Below are positions 13,024 to 25,572 of a stretch of 64,000 bases of DNA, one piece after another. The first letter of the stretch is position 1. Each line of letters opens with the position of its first letter. The notes under the pieces were generated by a model. That model saw only the letters and a program-made list of their open reading frames with translations. It searched no databases and was not told the DNA's origin. Both the position numbers and the translations under genes were made by a program. Origin of the DNA: Eledone cirrhosa. Taxonomy: Eukaryota. The stretch lies in the NCBI GenBank assembly GCA_964016885.1, contig OZ024740.1, positions 305,536,001 to 305,600,000 on the forward strand, read 5' to 3'.

Positions 13024-16000
13024 TCATCATCATCATCATCATCATCTTCGTTTAACGTCCATCTTCCATGCTAGCATGGGTTAGACGGGAGTTGTCCCAC
13101 TTGAGGCAAGGTTGGTCTGGTGACCGTGTCTCACTCATTTAGGACTATCTGGCAGGTTTTCTATGGCTGAATGCCCTTCCTAACACCAACCACATTTACA
13201 GTGTGGAACTGGGAACTTTTTACTGTGTTACCTACATGGCCACATTACAGCATGGACTGTGTGTTTTTTTTGTCGTGACACCTACACGATCTCGATCTCA
13301 TTATCTCATTTATTTGGACTGGATGTTGTGGTACCAACTTTACAGAGAGAGGGTGGTGTTGGTGGGAGGCTAGGGTAGTGGATTTGGGTGTATATTTGGT
13401 TAAGAGGTACCTACTGACTGTAGGTTTCACTTTGTACATAGGTAAGGTGGGTCTTCTGTATTACTGCGTAGCGCCAAAGATCTCGGTCCAGTGACATTGT
13501 CTTAGAGAGGTGCAAGTGTGTAAGGTCAGAATTTATCAGATCGTCCCAGGTTTCTCTGGGTCTACCTACTCCGTAACTACCATCAATTTTGATCGCCCTG
13601 CACTTTTTTTTATACAGCTGTCGTTTTTCATGCGCATCACGTGGCCACACCAACATAGTCTTCTCTCAAGTAAACAGCATCTGATCCCTCTTATTCCTAA
13701 TTTCTCACTTAGTTCATTTATGCTTTGCCGTTCACGTATATTATTATTACACATCCAATGGATCATGCATGCTTCGTTCCTTTCCAGTCTGTGCAGGTCC
13801 ACTGCACGTAATGCCCATGTATCACTGCCATGTAGCATTGCTGTTCGTATACAGGCATCATACAATTTGCCTTTCATTCTTAGAGAGAAACCTTTTGTGG
13901 CCAATAGTGGTATAAGCTCTCTGAACTTTTTCCATCCCGTTCTGACTCTGGCTACTGTACTTTCAGAACACCCTTCACCACTGCTGATTTCGTCACCCAG
14001 GTAACGGAAAGTGTCCACTATTTCTATAGAACCATCTGGGCAATAAAAGGAGCTAGTATCCTGTGGACACTTGTTACTTATTGCACCTGAGCATCGGCCA
14101 CATATAAAGTCTACGTTCTTAGATAGTTTACCTGTGATCCCACTACATCTTTTATGTACCCATACTTTGCATTTGGGACATAAAATGGAATTTCTGCCTA
14201 CTCCTTTCCTACACACTGAGCATGGCCATTTCCTTGAGGGCACCTGTGCCCTATTTTCCTTTCTACAAACTAGAACTTTAGTCTTAGACAAGTTATCTTT
14301 AAGGCCTTTTGATTCTAGGCCATGCTTCCATGTTTGGAATTTCTTCTCTAGTTCAGCCATTGATTCAGCTATGAGCGTTAGATCATCTGCATATAGGAGT
14401 TCTCATGGGCAGCCGGTCTTGAACTCCTCTGTTATAGCCTGAAGGGCAATAATAAATAGGAGGGGGCTAAGGACAGAGCCTTGATGAATACCAACTTTTA
14501 CACTAAATTCTTCACAATATTCATTGTTAATTCTAACCTTACTGACTGTTTCTTTATACATAGCTTGTATAGCTCTCACAAGCCATTCATCTACACCGAG
14601 TTTTCTAAGAGCCCACCAGATAATGGAGCGGGGGACTCTGTCAAAGGCTTTCTCCAGGTCTACAAAAGCTAAGTAGAGGGGCTTACTTTTAGCTAGGTAC
14701 TTCTCCTGTAGTTGTCGTACAAGGAAAAGAGCATCTGTGGTACTTTTACCTGACACAAACCCAAACTGCATTTCATCTAGATCAATTCGCTCTGATTAAT
14801 TGCGCTATAACTCTTTCTGTGACCTTCATGACCTGGTCATCTAACTTAATACCTCTATAGTTTCCCCTATCTAGAGCATCCCCTTTCCCCTTGTAGCAGT
14901 TAATGATGATGCTGCTACGCCAGTCTTTTGGTATGATTTCATTCTGTATTACTTGGTTACCTCTATGGGTGACCATAGTATGTCCCACCATTCCAGATGC
15001 CTTCAACATCTCAGCAACTATCTCCGAAGGCCCAGCTGACTTGCCTGTCTTCATATCTTTGATTGCCTTACTTATTATCCTACCTTTAACTTGCTCCACT
15101 GGTCCTTCTATTGGATCGATTTGGCAGACTATCTTTTTCCCACTTATTCTCCTCATTTAATAGTCTCTCGTAGTGACTCTTCCAGGCTATCTTCTTATCA
15201 GTATCAGTGAGGGGAAGTACACCGTTATCATTATGGACACACTTCTCCCCGACAATATCACGGTTTTCCTTGACACATTGTCTAGCAATCCTGAACACCT
15301 CACGTTTTTGGTCCTCACGTTGTAGAACATGCTTGAACTTTCTATCCTCTGCTTCCCTTTTTGCAAGGTACACTTGTCTCCTAGCTTCTCTCCTGGCCAC
15401 TTGATAGTGCTCTCTACTTCCCCCATCCTGCCATACTTTCCAAGCCTGCTTTTTGGCCTTGTTTGTCTCCTCCACCTTACTGTTCCACCACCAAGTTACT
15501 CTCCTCCTGCCAATAGGTCTGCTCCAGCCACAGATTTCATCCGTTGCTTTCAGCAGGTTCACTTTCAGGAAATTCCCACTGTTCCTCTATATTGCACGTC
15601 TCTAATTGCTCTTCCTTATTGTCAAAGGCATCAAGTAATAAGCTTTTAAATTTGTCACTGGCTATGGGGTCCTTCAACTTCCATATTCTTCTCCTCAAGG
15701 TAGGCCTCCTCTGTTGTCGAGTACATCGTCTATTCCTGACTATGAGGTCATTAACTACTAGGCTATGTTGGGAGATGCATTCTTCACGGGGGAGGGATTT
15801 AGTGTTTACAACAGACACTTTGTTCCGTCTTCTAGTAAGGATATAATCTATCTGGCTGGCGTGTTCCCCTGATCTATAGGTTTTCTCGTTTTTTGTAGTT
15901 TTTGTTACAGATAGTTAGGTTATTAGCGTCACAGAATTCCAGGGTTCTGAAGCCCTCCTCATTTCTATTTCCAACCCCATAGCCTCCATGGATTCCATCA

Positions 16001-16790
16001 TAGCCATCACTATGTTGTCCAACGTGACCGTTTAGATTGCCAGCAATAATTAAGTAGTCACTGTTGGTTATTTGGGAGGTAGTGTGCATTAGCATCTCAT
16101 AGAACCTGTCCTTTATAACGTCAGGTAGACCAGATTGGGGTGCATAAGCGGATCTGTACATGCACTTTTTTGATGAGTTGTGGTGCACCTGGGCACTGTA
16201 CACAATATTTCATTATTGTTATTATTATTATATCATGACTCATACACTGTTCATTTTCCTGACATTTGTACATTATTCTATGTACTATACATGCACCTTT
16301 GATGAGTTGTAGTGCACCTGAGCACTGTACACAATAATTTCATTATTATTATTATTGTCACAGTAGTTCTATTTAGAACTATTCTTATTTTAATTATTCT
16401 GTCATTTACTCTATTTACGTCAATTACCTTATCTACCCATTTTTCAGCTAACAATTCCTACACCACCCTGTCCGTTGTCGTTTCCCACCCAGAAAAGTTT
16501 ATAGCATTATTTTTTTACCCACGATGAATCTGGCAGCCCCCCCCCCCCTCTCCACCTAGTCTCTTGAATACAACAAACAACTTCTTCTTTACGTTCAAGC
16601 ATCTCTACAACCTCATTTGAGTGACCTTTCAATGTGCCTACGTTCATGGTACCAACTCTGAAGTTGGGAGGGTGGGTTGGAGGGGCAGGGAGGGGTGTGG
16701 GAGTCGGAATTATGTTGGTCATCCGTGTCTGAAATAAAGAGGGGTCCTTGTATTCTTGTCCTGCAGCGGGAGGTGAATTTATCTGTGTTA
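13024..16790 (-). mobile_element. Near-full-length RTE-clade LINE (APE + RT + PHD finger), disrupted, antisense in FLCN intron 4
   Basis: APE motifs VGTMNVGTL, CIQETRW, SAYAPQ, GNLNGHVG. RT motifs QFGF, FVDLEKAFDRV, GIHQGSVLSP, LLYADDL. C4HC3 finger at 14091-14222. Several frameshifts and a premature TGA at 14403. (ATG)n tail. Confidence 0.92.
16154..16355 (+). mobile_element. Short insertion with (ATT)n tails and an internal duplication, interrupting the RTE endonuclease
   Basis: gatgagttgtRgtgcacctgRgcactgtacacaata occurs twice. It splits the RTE reading TVTII|SAYAPQ. A reverse copy lies near 29010-29095. Confidence 0.7.
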
Positions 16791-16799
16791 ATTCCACAC

Positions 16800-17300
16800 T
16801 AGAATGCATCCAGTGCACTCTGCAAGGAGTGGTTTTAATGCCATTATAAAATGCACCTAGTTCATTCTGTAAAGTAGTAGTGCCAGTACCGTGATAAAAT
16901 ACATTTAGCTCACTCTGTAAAGTGGTATTGTTTATGCCACAATAATATGTATCAAGCCCACACTGTAAAGTGGTAGTGTCAGTGTCATGAGGAAATACAC
17001 CCAGCCCACTCTGTAAAGTGGTAGTGCTGGTCCCACAATAAAATACACTCGGCCTACTCTGTAAAAGTGGTAGTGCCAGTGCTATGTTAATAAAATACAT
17101 TCAGCCCACTCAGTAAAAGTGGTAGTGTTGGTGTCATGATAAAATGCACCCAGTACATAGGGTAAAGTGGTTGGCATTAGGAGGGTATAATATGCCAAAG
17201 TGGAACATATGAGCAGGTCATCCAATCTAACTAGTTATAGAATGTAACAACTCATGCAAGACATGCCTGCATGGAAAACAGACATAAAATGGTGATGATG
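16800..17300 (+). repeat. About 8 tandem ~48-bp units ending in an RTE/SINE-type 3' tail
   Basis: Unit about aaatgcacccagcccactctgtaaagtggtagtgccagtgccatgat. The array ends gtggttggcattagg...gcatggaaaacagacataaaatggtgatgatg. Confidence 0.75.
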
Positions 17301-17406
17301 CAAGCATGTATAATATGCAAAATGTTAACTTTATCCATTTACGAAACTACAAAAATTTATAGAGCTGCTGCAGATGAACTTCTGTTTGTATAGTCCAAAG
17401 TAGTTA

Positions 17407-17731
17407 TGAGAATCGAAAGTCTGAGAATCGAAAAGTTGTGAGTTCAATTCTCAGACCGAGTAATGTGTTGTTTCCTTGAGCAAGACACTTTATTTCACAT
17501 TGCTCCAGTTTACTCAGCTGTAGAAATGAGATGATAGGGACTGGGGTCCCTATCATTTCACTGTAAAGTGGTCGTGGAGGTGCCACGGCAAAAAAGCACC
17601 CAGCACTCACTGTAAATGAGGTTGGTGTTAGGAAGGGCATCCAGCTGTAGAAATCAAGCTAGAATCAGTTCCCGTCCCACCCTTGCAAGCAGGGAAAAGT
17701 GGACGTAAAATGATGATGATGATGATGATGA
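17407..17731 (+). mobile_element. SINE family A copy, 5'-truncated
   Basis: Near-identical to 12085-12358, (GAT)n tail. Confidence 0.85.
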
Positions 17732-17855
17732 TCCCTAGACTAATCACTGGACAATTTATTGTAGTTAACTTTACCAGAAGGTCTTGGTACCCTATTAAGA
17801 CTGAAACATTGAAAAAAAGTATAAATTAAATATTAAGTTTTCCTTATTTTTCCAG

Positions 17856-17983
17856 AAACTGAGGAAGGCTTTATAAAACTCTACATGAGGAAATCCAGTC
17901 CTGACAAAGAAAACCCTGACATTGATTCAATGGATGCCGACCCCAATCAGCCGAGATTTTATAATTTACAGCATGTTATGCAG
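17856..17983 (+). CDS. FLCN: Folliculin coding exon 5
   Basis: (E)TEEGFIKLYMRKSSPDK...PRFYNLQHVMQ. Flanked by cag and gtaatg; phases 1/0 fit both neighbours. Confidence 0.88.
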
Positions 17984-18503
17984 GTAATGTTTTATTGTAA
18001 ATCTTTTGAAGGAAATATTGGGAAAATTGGTACAATGTGAATGGGGGTGGGGGAGGGAATTATTTGCATGAACTGTTAAAGCAAGAACTGAATACCCTTC
18101 TTGAAACTCCCCTCTTGATCAGAAAGTGACAGTTTTCTGTGATGCTATAAGATGATACCGTGTTGCTAATAATGAATACTTTTCTATGAGGATTAGCTTG
18201 ATAATTTAGTTAATTTTAATAAATTAGATTAACAGACCAGATTTTTATTGTTTGTAAATAGGCTATTTTAAATTCTTTATAACAATCTATTATTGGGAGT
18301 GATTAGGTCTTAAAACTCATTCCTGGTAATGTCAATTACTTCTGATCTTTGAACACTAGTTCAGTCTTGTCAAGTAAACATTGTTTTTATCTTTTCTGCC
18401 AGACAGGGATATAAAGAAGGTATAGTTAATAAGCGGTTTCAGCCATCCTAATTGACTGCCAGTTAAATGTTAAATCTAACTGGAAATTTTATTTCTTTTA
18501 CAG

Positions 18504-18617
18504 GTGCTTGGATATCTAAACTTTCACACTGTGGCCCACCATATTGTAATAGGGAACCAGTTAATTGTGAAGGGAGCAGAGAAGCAGCTTGTCAAGTCAA
18601 TGTTAGAAGTCCTGAAG
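18504..18617 (+). CDS. FLCN: Folliculin coding exon 6 (start of the DENN-like domain)
   Basis: VLGYLNFHTVAHHIVIGNQLIVKGAEKQLVKSMLEVLK resembles human [23 protein letters not shown]. Flanked by cag and gtttgt. Confidence 0.93.
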
Positions 18618-18864
18618 GTTTGTTACTTTCCCTAAACATTTCAGCTGTTTTATTTAATGGATGGAGTTACGGAAGGTTGAGTTTATAGGCTGTCAGCTTC
18701 ATAGCTGAATAACCAGTGGTACATCATGTCTTGGTACTGTGATGTGGTTACACAAGACTTTCAATGACCTGGTCCACCTAGCTGTTATAGGTATAATTAA
18801 ACACACTTCACTTGCCATACATCCAGAACTTCATACTTATCTTCCACTGCATCTACACCATGAA

Positions 18865-19200
18865 AATCATCATTGTTTTTATATCTATTTTTCCACACTT
18901 GCATGGGTTGGACGGGTCTTTCTCAACATGGCATCTCTCCACTCATCATGTTCCTTTGTCATCTCCTTGGCCAGTCTCAGTGATTTGAGGACAGCTCTCC
19001 TCTCACCACTTCTGCCCAGGTCTTTCTTGGTCTACCTCTACTGCAGCTTCCTTCCACTCGCATTTCCTGGTACTTCTTCACCTATCGATCATCATCCATG
19101 TACATCATGTCCATCTCAACGCAGTCTTCTTTCCTGTACACCACCTCGGATTCCTCTTAAACCCAGCTTTTCCCTCAGTTCATCCAAGCTCTGCATAGTA
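18865..19200 (-). mobile_element. RTE LINE 3' fragment
   Basis: Similar to 36370-36790 in reverse (LDELREKLG...RLRW). Confidence 0.6.
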
Positions 19201-19324
19201 GCATTATCTTCTTAACTTAATATTATTCTACATTTTACTTTTTGTTGATAAATCACTTTAATTTCTCTCAATGCAAGCTTCTTTATGTATTTATATTTTA
19301 CTGAATTTTCTCCTCTTTTCACAG

Positions 19325-19550
19325 GGTTTATTGCCAAAAGGTTGTTGTAAAATAATTCCTTACAGTGAAAAATATGAAGAATCTTGGCGCTGCAACTTTT
19401 TAGGAGTCCCTCTTGAAGTTTTATTACCTAACCATATTCTAAACTCAGAACAGTTCCTTTTAATAGAAATCCTCTGTCCTGAAGAGAGACCACAAGATCT
19501 TAATAGCTATGAGTTTAAAATCAGCAGTCATGTTATCCTGCCAGATAAAG
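19325..19550 (+). CDS. FLCN: Folliculin coding exon 7
   Basis: GLLPKGCCKIIPYSEKYEESWRCNFLGV resembles human [27 protein letters not shown]. Flanked by cag and gtaaga, phase 0/1. Confidence 0.96.
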
Positions 19551-19714
19551 GTAAGATTTTCAGTTTTATCTAATTCTGTCATCACCACTGTTTGTTTATT
19601 TTCCATGCTTGCATAGATTAGATAATCTATCATGTTATGAATCTAGATAGGTCAGGTGACCATATCATGTTCATACAATCCATTTTTGGTTTAGAGTTTG
19701 TTATCTTTCTATGT

Positions 19715-19938
19715 TTAATACTTTAGCATTTAAACCGGCTGTATCCGGCCAGAATTCTCTCACCTCTTTCTGTTCAAACCAGTTGTAATCGGCTGCTTAT
19801 ACCAATGTTATGGTATTGTTCTCAAAATAAATATTAAAATGTCATAAATTCGATATTATGAGATAATTATGTGAGATAAAGCCTTTACCATGAAAATACA
19901 ATAGTATTTATCGAGTAATGTAAATGCTAAAGGGTTAA
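19715..19938 (-). mobile_element. piggyBac-type MITE, copy 5
   Basis: TTAA flanks and right TIR AAATGCTAAAGGG. Confidence 0.85.
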
Positions 19939-20169
19939 TCAGTTTGGGACTTTCAGGTGCTTGACAACTGATCAAATAATTATAAATTCAAAACTCAATA
20001 TAGTCTTTATATTATACATAATTCTGTTTCAGTTTGCCTGACTATAAGGTCTATTTTTGTTTCATAGTAGAATGACTAACAATACAACAGATACGTTAAC
20101 CATCAAACTTCTTGTAATATCCATATTAAGAAAAAAAGCAAACAAACAAAAAATACCATACTATTTTAG

Positions 20170-20595
20170 CATATAAACATAAACCAACCCTTACCTATGG
20201 TCATGCATCTAGGGTAATGAACAAAAGAATACGATCACGAATACAAGTGGCCGAAATGGGTCTTTGGAGTAATGTTACTCGATAGTGCCTAGCTTTGAGA
20301 TCAGAGAGGCACTCCAGGTAAAGCCACTACTTCTCCAAATTGAGAGCTCACAGTTCGGATACTATGGGCATAGGGTTATAGTGTCTCAGAAAAGAATTGC
20401 TGGACAGATTTTACGGACAAAACCAACTGGAGTAGATCCCGAGCAAGATGTTTGGATAACATCCATGAGCTTGTCTGGTCTCAGTTGGGGATCCAGTTGG
20501 AAACAGTTGCATTTGATAGGACTTGCTGGAAGAAGTGTTTGAGGACTTTGTACCTTCGACTCTCTCCTGCATAAGTGGGCAAATAAGAAGAGAGA
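20170..20595 (+). mobile_element. Degraded RTE-clade 3' fragment of a different family
   Basis: PTLTYGHAS...RSRIQVAEMG...IESSQFGYYGH. A related short piece lies at 38640-38810. Confidence 0.6.
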
Positions 20596-21138
20596 TAAAG
20601 TAAACTCGTTTATTAACTTATCCATAAAGAATCTATCTTTCTCTGAGTATTTACCTTAAGAAAATTCATTCTACCCTATCCTCTATCAACAGTTCTCCTT
20701 TGTAATGTAATCTCAAAATTTCATGTCCACAGTCATAATAATTTTTGCTTTATACATTGGGTATTTCCGCCAGATCTTGTTCAATAGTTTTATAACTGAA
20801 ATCAGTATATTTGTCTCCTCATTCATGGGTTAACCATATATATATATCATCATCATCATCATCGTTGTTTTAACACCTGCTTTCTCTGATAGCAAGGGTT
20901 GGATGGGTCGACATAGACCAAGCCTGTACTGAAGCAGTGGCTAGTGATTCCCCAGACAAGCCAGAGATCTGTCATCTTGCTTATGTATGGTTGTGCACAG
21001 AGGAGGTTGTCATGTCTTTGATAAAACTGAGGGTCCTCTCCCAACTCGTTGGCAAGCTTTCTACGGCTGGATGCCCTTCCTATCACTAACACTAACCACT
21101 TTATATATTTAATAATAGAAATTGTCATCATTTTTCAG

Positions 21139-21241
21139 CTCCAAAGGTATTAATCCGCATGGAACTTGCACTAAGAAATACAAACCTATGTTATGAAGTT
21201 ATTGAACAATGTTTAATTTGTTTAAAAGAAGAATGGATGAA
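21139..21241 (+). CDS. FLCN: Folliculin coding exon 8
   Basis: (A)PKVLIRMELALRNTNLCYEVIEQCLICLKEEWM(N). Flanked by cag and gtaagt, phase 1/2. Confidence 0.95.
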
Positions 21242-21394
21242 GTAAGTATATTTTTTATTATTTGCCCTTGTTTTTATTTCCATAGTTTACATATGCCAAC
21301 CACTTTATACTCTAGATTCTTGAATACACACCGCTTATTAAATTTTGTTTATGTATCTCCAATGAAATTCTATTTTAATTGGTAGCTTTCCTGT

Positions 21395-21583
21395 GGCAGT
21401 TAATTTTATTTTAGACATTAAAAAATATTATACATGACAAAAAAGAACATTACAAGAAATCCCATATGTTATAAAATAAATAGGATGAGTTGAGGTCTCA
21501 ATATGTAAACTAAACAACTAATTCTTGGTTTAAAAAAAAAAACATTACCGCACCCCCTCGCTATTATTTGGGACCTGAGAGTA
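21395..21583 (+). mobile_element. Tc1/pogo-type MITE, right part
   Basis: ttagacattaaaaa...attatttgggacctgagagta. Confidence 0.6.
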
Positions 21584-22054
21584 GTTTGAATGCCAACCAC
21601 TTTGTATATAAAATGACATTTATCTCTATCGTGTAGTTAGTGTTTTTTGGGGTGCTCAGTATACTTGTCATAAATCTTCAGCTTATAATTTATTTTAAGT
21701 TAGGATTTCCAAAGCTCAGATTGATGTTTGATCTACTTAGCACCAATGTTCCCTTTAATTTGTCCAAATAACTGAGTGGAATGTTTGATGCTTTGAGCAA
21801 AGATATTTTCAATTCCAAGCCTGTGTGGCAACATTTTAATGTGTGTGTCACTGATACATCTGCACCACTTAGAGAAAACGTTGCTTCTCAGCCAGTTTAT
21901 CTTCAGCAAAGTCAATTTATGCAAGAATCATCTTTTGAATTAGACCAATGCTATCATATGGTGTATATATACCTAAACTCTCTGAAATAGTTACCTTTTT
22001 ATACACACATACACATAAAAAAAAAATAAAATGTAGTTTTAGTGGAAATGATAA

Positions 22055-23025
22055 TCACCATCATCATTATCATTTAATCTCCATCTTCCATGCTAGCATG
22101 GGTTGGGCGGTTTTGTCCCACTTGAGCAAGATTGGTCAGGAGACCGTGTCTTGCTTGTACAGAACTGTTTCTGGCAGGTTTTCTATGGCTGGATGCCCTT
22201 CCTAACACTAACCACATTTTCGGTATGGACTGGGAGCCTTTTTTACCGTGTCTCCTACACGACCACATTACAGTGTGGACTGGGTGCTTTTTATCGTGTC
22301 ACCTACACAACCACTTTACAGTGGACGAAAGTGGGAGGATGGAGTAGGGTGTGTGGGGTAGGGTGTATATTGGGTTAAGGAGTGCCTACTGACTGTAGGT
22401 TTAAGTTTGTATGCAAGGGAAGGTGGGTCTTCTGTATAACTGCATAGCGCCAAAGACCTCGATCCAGTGACATTATCTTAGAGAGGTGTGGATTGGCAGT
22501 ATCGGTAGAGGGTTGGACGCCATGCTTTGCAGCAAAGAGTTACGTCCCTTTATGATCTGAGTTCAAATCCCGCCGAGGTTAACTTTGCCTTTCATCCTTA
22601 CGGGGTCGATAAAATAAAGTACCAGTAATGCACTGAAATAATTGCTGGCCTTGTGCCAAAAGTAGAAACAATTATCTTAGAGAGGTGTGAGCAAGGTCAG
22701 TTTTTATCACCTTGTCCCAGGTTTTTCTTGGTCTAACCACTCTGTATCTGCCATCAATTTTGATCGCTCGGAACTTTTTTATACAGCTGTTGTCCTTCAT
22801 ACGCATCATATGTCCATACCAATGCAATCTCCTCTCCTGCACACAACATTTGATGCCCCTTATGCTTAGTCTCTCTCTCAATTCGTTTATGCTTTGTTGT
22901 TCGCATACGTTACTATTACACATCCATTGGAGCATGCAAGCTGTTTCTTTTTAATCTATGCAAGTCTTCTGCACACAACACCCAGGTCTCATTACTATGT
23001 AATATTGCTGTTCGTATACAAGTAA
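22055..23025 (-). mobile_element. PHD-RTE family 3' fragment with a nested SINE
   Basis: ORF 22672-22935 is similar to the C-terminus of 13566-14360; the 3' UTR matches 13024-13410. Confidence 0.85.
22491..22670 (+). mobile_element. tRNA-derived SINE family B with a perfect 19-bp TSD
   Basis: A box TGGCAGTATCGG, B box GTTCAAATCC. TSD attatcttagagaggtgtg at 22472-22490 and 22671-22689. Confidence 0.9.
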
Positions 23026-23951
23026 TTTATAATTTCAAATACTATTTTTGTTAGGGTCATATCATTCATCTTGATAAATTTGAAACCTGATCTGCTTTAT
23101 AAAGTCTATATTCTGATTTTTGTTCATCTGTTATGCCACAAACTACCAAAGAATGTATGCCAATGTGACTCCTTTTGAAAATAGGCAGCTAGAAGGTACC
23201 TCATGAGCAATCTAGCAAAGTTTTTCATTAGAAAATATTGGTTTTAATTTTGTAGTTGTATGTCTCTGGCAAATTATTTGGTTTGTGACCATGTGTTGAA
23301 ACAACAAATTATATCATGGAAGAGATATTTTACCCATTTAAGACATAAAATTTTATATTCACTTTTCATTTATTTCATGTTTTAGATATACTATTTACAA
23401 GGAAATCAAATATTTTTAATGTTTAAAAAGATTTTATGAAAGGATAATATTTTTGTTTATCATTTTATGAATGGGAACTATAAGCTATTGAAATTGTTTT
23501 ACAAATTTATTATGAAATAATTTAAACTAAATAACAAATTACAAAAGTGAACACCACAAGTGGTCAGTGACACAATTATAATTAAAAGTCAATTAGTATC
23601 TCATTACTAGCTGTAATAAAATAGAAATGAAAATATCTGTAGGAAACTTTATTTTTTATTGTTTATTGTAATTCATTTTCATATTGTTTACGTCACACAG
23701 TTAATTGTAAACAGCAAGGAAACATTTATTTTACTTTATCTGGTGTTGTGTAAAAAATCGAAATGTTTAAATTTTGTTGTAAAGATTAAATATATATTTA
23801 CATTTTTAATATTGTTAATAATCTAACCATTTAAAAATTATTGTAAACCTTGTCGGCATTGTTGACTGGGTTCAAGTGAGGTCTTGTTTTGTTAAAAATA
23901 TATAAAAAGATCTGTGTGAAATATTTTAATATTTTTGTTTTATTTTCCCAG

Positions 23952-24147
23952 CAAAGTGAAAGTTTTGTTTAAGTTCACCAAAGCTGGTGGCAGCCGATCT
24001 GAAGAGGACATGAAGAAACTTCTGCAAGTGGTTGGTGCCAAAGAAGAAGACAAACAGTTGCTAAAGTTCTGGATGACTGGTTTAAGTGTTCAATACCGTA
24101 ACCACATTTTGTCCACTTCAATGTCAATGAACATGGTTCCTCCTTAA
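23952..24147 (+). CDS. FLCN: Folliculin coding exon 9 (last); full CDS 1611 nt, 536 aa
   Basis: (N)[52 protein letters not shown] matches the FLCN C-terminus. TAA stop; all exon phases join into one frame. Confidence 0.97.
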
Positions 24148-24575
24148 ACTGATGTCATTATCACAGTTCCAATTCTTCTCCCTCCTTTTCTTGTATATAA
24201 ACATTTTTGTATATATATATATATATTAAAAAATTGACAACATAAAAAGATGTTGATTTATCATGAATTATTCTGGGAGGGAAAAGGATTCTCAATCACA
24301 AGAGCTGAGAATATAAATTTAAGAACCACTTTTATTCCAGAGGATATAAAAATAGTTCTTGATATATATGTAATATATATCTTGATATATATAATGTATA
24401 AAGAGAAAAAAAACATTTTTTTTGTATGTTTAATATTTTGAAATCTTTATATGCTAAGTAACTGTTTTGCATTTAAATTAAAATTTTATGAAATTGGATA
24501 AAAACGTGTTGTCTCAGTTTTTGTGAAGCAGATGTGAGATTTAGGTTTTGATTCTCAGATATCATTTCATCTCAT

Positions 24576-24739
24576 TTAACCCTTTAGCATTTTAACCAGC
24601 CATATCCAACCAGAATTCTCTGTTCAAACAGCTAAGGTATTGTTCCCAAAATCTCATAGATTTGATATTATGTGAGGTAAAGCCTTTACTGTGAAAATAT
24701 AATAATAAATATAGAGTAATGTAAATGCTAAAGGGTTAA
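24576..24739 (-). mobile_element. piggyBac-type MITE, copy 6 (internally deleted)
   Basis: TTAA TSD and both TIRs intact. Confidence 0.85.
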
Positions 24740-25076
24740 GGAAATTTTCAACCAGCAGACTTAAAAAAACTGGACTTCTCTTTTATTATTTTTTTTGCAG
24801 AATTAGACATTTCTATAATGATATATATACAAGAAAATTTAGTTTTTTACATCAAATATACTCCTTATCCTTAAATAAGCTTAAAAAGTCAAAGTTGTGT
24901 ATCTAGAGTAAACTATTCTTTTCTAAGCTAGACACAATCAATTAGTTTTCTGCCATTTACAGGCAGCAACTACACTACTCTGTAATGCCTATTTATTATA
25001 AATGAAGCATTTGAGAGCTACATATGGTCATGGAGTAACATATACAGCTTTAACAGTAGAGCTAGGATCTAACTTC

Positions 25077-25572
25077 TTAACCCTTTCATGACCATATTTC
25101 TAATGAGATGCACTATTTTAATTAATGAAGAATTTGAAGGGATTTACTAAGTCTATTATTTCATTAAGATGGTAGTTACGTCCCTTTACGTTCTGAGTTC
25201 AAATCCCGCCGAGGTGAACTTTGCCTTTCATCCATACAGAAGTCGATAAAATAAAGTACCAGTAATGTACTGAGTAATTGCTGGCCTTGTGCCAAAAGTA
25301 TAAACAATTATTAAGATGGTATTATGTTGCTCAAGTTTAAGAAAATATATCCCACATACTACAATTATCATGGTGGACAGGATGGAGAAGATATTGCCCT
25401 AGAGGATGGCGAGGGAGACGCACTGGAACAGCCACTTTATTCTGATAGCATTGGGTAGGGATGTGGTCCTGGGGCCAAAAATGCCAGATGGTATTATAGG
25501 AATTCTTAAATCAGGTAATTACATTTCATAAAACTGAGGTAGTTTTAAGTTGCTTGGCATCAAAAGGGTTAA
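25077..25572. mobile_element. Second TTAA-type MITE family carrying a nested SINE B fragment (~25172-25312)
   Basis: ttaa-CCCTTTCATGACCA ... TGGCATCAAAAGGG-ttaa. The nested SINE is flanked by a repeated attaagatggta. Confidence 0.6.

Noticed and set aside
16800-17180. CRISPR-like regularly spaced repeats
   Set aside because: Eukaryotic intron, the variable parts are homologous to each other, the unit derives from the RTE/SINE 3' UTR, and there are no cas genes.
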